A stretch of DNA of 52,198 bases from Amoebophrya sp. A120 (Eukaryota > Protista > Dinoflagellata), in assembly GCA_905178155.1 (NCBI GenBank), contig CAJINV010000029.1, forward strand, positions 9,911 to 62,108, written 5' to 3'. The notes below the pieces were generated by a model. That model had not been told where the DNA came from, made no database searches, and saw only the letters and a program-made list of their open reading frames with translations. A program made the position numbers and the translations under genes. Below are positions 49,270 through 52,198 of this stretch, piece by piece. How positions within the stretch are numbered: the stretch's first letter is position 1; the number at the start of each line of letters is the position of its first letter.

Positions 49270-50820
49270 CAGAGTCACTGCATGCGGTAAAAGATAGACC
49301 TTCGGGCCAGGCGGCTGCCCGGGCTGTTGCCGGGGTGAACAGAGCGGAAACGGCCTGTCACGAAAGCGAAGCAAGCTCCCACAACAGGGGCAAACCGGGA
49401 GCCAGAATGCCAAACGCGGCCGGCTGGGCCTGGCAACACTGCCCTGGCCACGCCACACCGCCGGCAGGCCCTTTCAAAGCGCCGCGCCATCAGCAAGGGC
49501 AGCGCGCGCGCAAAAACACAAGGCGGGCTCCCCAAGTTTAACGGAGGAGCGTGCGGGCCACACCACCCCGGCGCCGAACGGGTGGGACCGCGTGGGACCC
49601 GACCGGGCGGTGTGGTTGCAAGCGGTGCGCGCCTGGGCGGGCGCGCGGGCGGGGGGGCGCCAGCCGGGGGGGCCATATGCGGCTGGCCGCCCCTCTAGGG
49701 GCGGGCAGGCAACACCACGACGGGGCGCCAGGCCTCCGCGTCTAAGTAATCCTGGCAAAGCCGGCGCGGGCCCGCCGCACGGCGGGGGGCCGGGGGGGGG
49801 GGGGGGGGGCGCTCGCTGCTTCGTGCTGCTGGTAGGTTTCGAGCCGCTTCGGCTTCGAGTGCGCTGGCGCGCCGAAGACAGAGCAGACAAACTCTGCAAA
49901 CGGCCGCCGGCAGCACAAAGTCCGCGGCAAGCCTCTGCGCCACCTCTGATTTTCCTCCGCCACCGAGGGGGGGCGCCCGCGCGCCCGGGGAGCGGCGGCG
50001 GAGCGGCCTGCGGCAGGCTGGCAGCGAGCGCAGTCGCCCGCCCGGCAAAAAGAGCCGCGCGCCCGGGCAAGGCCACAGGCGGCGCCCCCAGGAAGGCGCC
50101 GGCATGCTGGGCGCGAATAATCGCGCCCCCCGGCGCGCTCACGTGCTGCAAAGCAGCGCCCACCAAGAACAGCTGGCAGCGGCCGCGGCACATTGACCCC
50201 GGCACGGCTCCCAGAGACATACGGGGCGCCCGCGCTTTCAGGCGCCGGCCGCGTCGAAGCGCACCAACCAACCACATTCATGGGGCAAGCGGCCATACTT
50301 TCGCGGCGCCTACCTCATTGCGTGCAAGGCGATCGCCATGCCCTGCGCGGGGCCATACTTAGGCGGGCCCCCGCGACCCATACCACCCCCATGCGACTGC
50401 TTCAATTCCCAGAGACTTGCGGCCGAGCAACGTCACCACTGGCCCCCGTCAGCTTTGCCCGCAATTTTATTTGTGCCTTGGTCGCCGGCGCGTCTCGTTG
50501 AAGACGGGCAGAACCACCGCCCCCGGCGGGCCAACGGCGCACAGCACACGGCGCACACTTTGACCATCCCCAAGCCTTCCTCTGGCGATCGTGTGGCGGT
50601 CGCCACAATAGAAAAGCGCGGGACCAGCGCCAGCCCTCACTCTCGTCGTATAACGCCCAGCCTGGGCTCTGCATGTGCGCCCGCCGTCCATTCTGGCAGC
50701 GCCTTGGCGCCAAGACGGTCGCCGGCTGCGGAAGGGGCTCAGCAGCTTCCCTGTGGTCCGATCCAGTACTATTCGCGTGGGCGCTTTGTTTCACGTGTAG
50801 CCCTTTGCCAGTCGGTGTGG
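49270..50820. other. Very GC-rich intergenic island upstream of gene 6, with long G-run
   Basis: Same compositional shift; poly-G around 49784-49809; boundaries approximate. Confidence 0.7.
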
Positions 50821-52198
50821 GCGAACAAGATCTTGTCCCTGACAAAATATCCGGGGAGGGATAGGAACACAAAATCCATAGGCAACTCCACCAGAGCCTC
50901 GTCTGCTGCTGATTTCCTCGCGTGTGCCACAGTCACAGTCTAGAAAATAATAAATGTGGTGCATTTATTGTGGTATGGAAATTTGAATTTCGATTCTGAG
51001 CGCACTGCAGTTCAATTTTTGTTCATTTTGCAACAGAAACAGTTCAACAAGTTCTCGAAAAAGAAGACTGTATATCATTATCTTTCGCCACTTAGAAGGG
51101 ACGAACCCATCGTCCGGGAAGTGGCGGTCTGGTAAGAACTTAATATCAACATATTGCTTTCTGGACCTTGGATGTTGTATTTTGCGGAAATGTAATTGTA
51201 GATGAGCGTCGAAGTGAGATGGTCAGAGTTCCTTCTTGTCTGATTGGTTTAAGATTACGTCAGGAAGTGGTCATTTTTGGTTGCTACTTTTATGGCCGGT
51301 AAAAAAGAAGAACTTAGTGAAACAAGAGCAACTACTGAGTCCATCGAGAACTAGTAGCTCACCTGCCATGACAGCAGTGCCAGTGTTCCCGAGGAAGAAG
51401 AAGATGTTTCTATTTCTGCCTGCTATCTTCCAAATATTTTATACGTCGTGATGAAGCTGCACTACCTGTACCACCTGTAGTCGAGTCGGTTTATGATGAG
51501 ATATGACGGTCCACGTAGCTGCGTTATTTCGCACCAGTTACAGTTGCTGCCAAGGGCTTTTATCAAAAAAAAAATCCCAGAAACAACCTGAATAGCTGCT
51601 CCGTCCGAGTACTTCTTGTGTGAACGAAATATTAATATAGGTCTCGGTCGTATAGCTTTGGAACTAAACTTTGGGAGAAGGTGGTCATGTCGCCGCTGCA
51701 CCGTCCCGACAAGCTGAAAAAGATAAAACAAGAACCTCCTACACATAGTACGGGAAAAAACATAAACACCACCTACCAGAGCGTAGGGGAAAATACCAAA
51801 TAGCAGCACCTGTAGAGCGAAGATTCTGTGTAGCGGAAATAAAGCACTGAAAGTTAAAACGGATAATTGCGAGAATAGGAAAACGTGGTAAAAAAGCGTA
51901 GAAAATTCTTGCAATGAGAAGAACAGTTTCTGCTTAACAGCTACAAGGCCGCAACTTATGTCGCGCAGTGGGAGGGTGAACGAGTGGACGGGGGGGAAAG
52001 AAAAACGCCAGAGGCGCAAGGGAGAAAATTTTTGACGCAGGGCGGGGCCAGGCATCTGCGCCCCTCTTGCTGAAAGAACGAAGGCGGAGCGCCATGGCGC
52101 CCGTGGTTCCCGTCGTTGTGCGAGCGCGAGGACCCCGCCCGCACTGGGCGCGCGTTTGCGTGGCGGCAAGCCTTAGGCCCAAGCAACAACGCAAAGCG

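Noticed and set aside
51462-52169. 235-aa hydrophobic minus-strand ORF
   Set aside because: F/L richness follows from T-rich composition and it starts in a GC island; no other support.
1-52198. Autonomous transposase, reverse transcriptase or recombinase; rRNA, tRNA or spliced-leader genes
   Set aside because: No catalytic motifs or RNA-gene signatures were recognised by eye. The mobilising and excising machinery is probably encoded elsewhere; an HMM search would be needed to exclude it here.

Overview
Eukaryotic (protist) genomic DNA, most likely an Amoebophrya-like syndinian/dinoflagellate parasite (inferred from architecture, not from a marker gene). The window holds six co-oriented minus-strand genes for large Ser/Thr/Gly/Ala-rich, probably disordered proteins, several with signal-peptide-like N-termini and shared motifs. 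They are interrupted by 48 short elements (mostly 145-325 bp) that I delimited by hand. These fall into at least 10 families with different terminal inverted repeats but share one grammar: TAT(C/G)...(C/G)ATA ends, a 5-bp target-site duplication (TSD; 24 perfect, 14 with one mismatch) and several internal TTGT(C/G/A)ATGC boxes. For the 47 that lie in coding sequence, removing element + 5 nt rejoins one reading frame, in either element orientation and almost always without GT-AG ends, so they behave as non-canonical mobile introns (introners). Three empty sites in duplicated sequence confirm the rule. One homologous codon position in two paralogs is occupied by dissimilar elements. Also present: an element-free tandem copy of a gene 3' end, Helitron-like hairpin/CTAG insertions, a minisatellite nested in an intron, and GC-rich intergenic islands. 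No transposase, RNA gene or recognisable protein domain was found.
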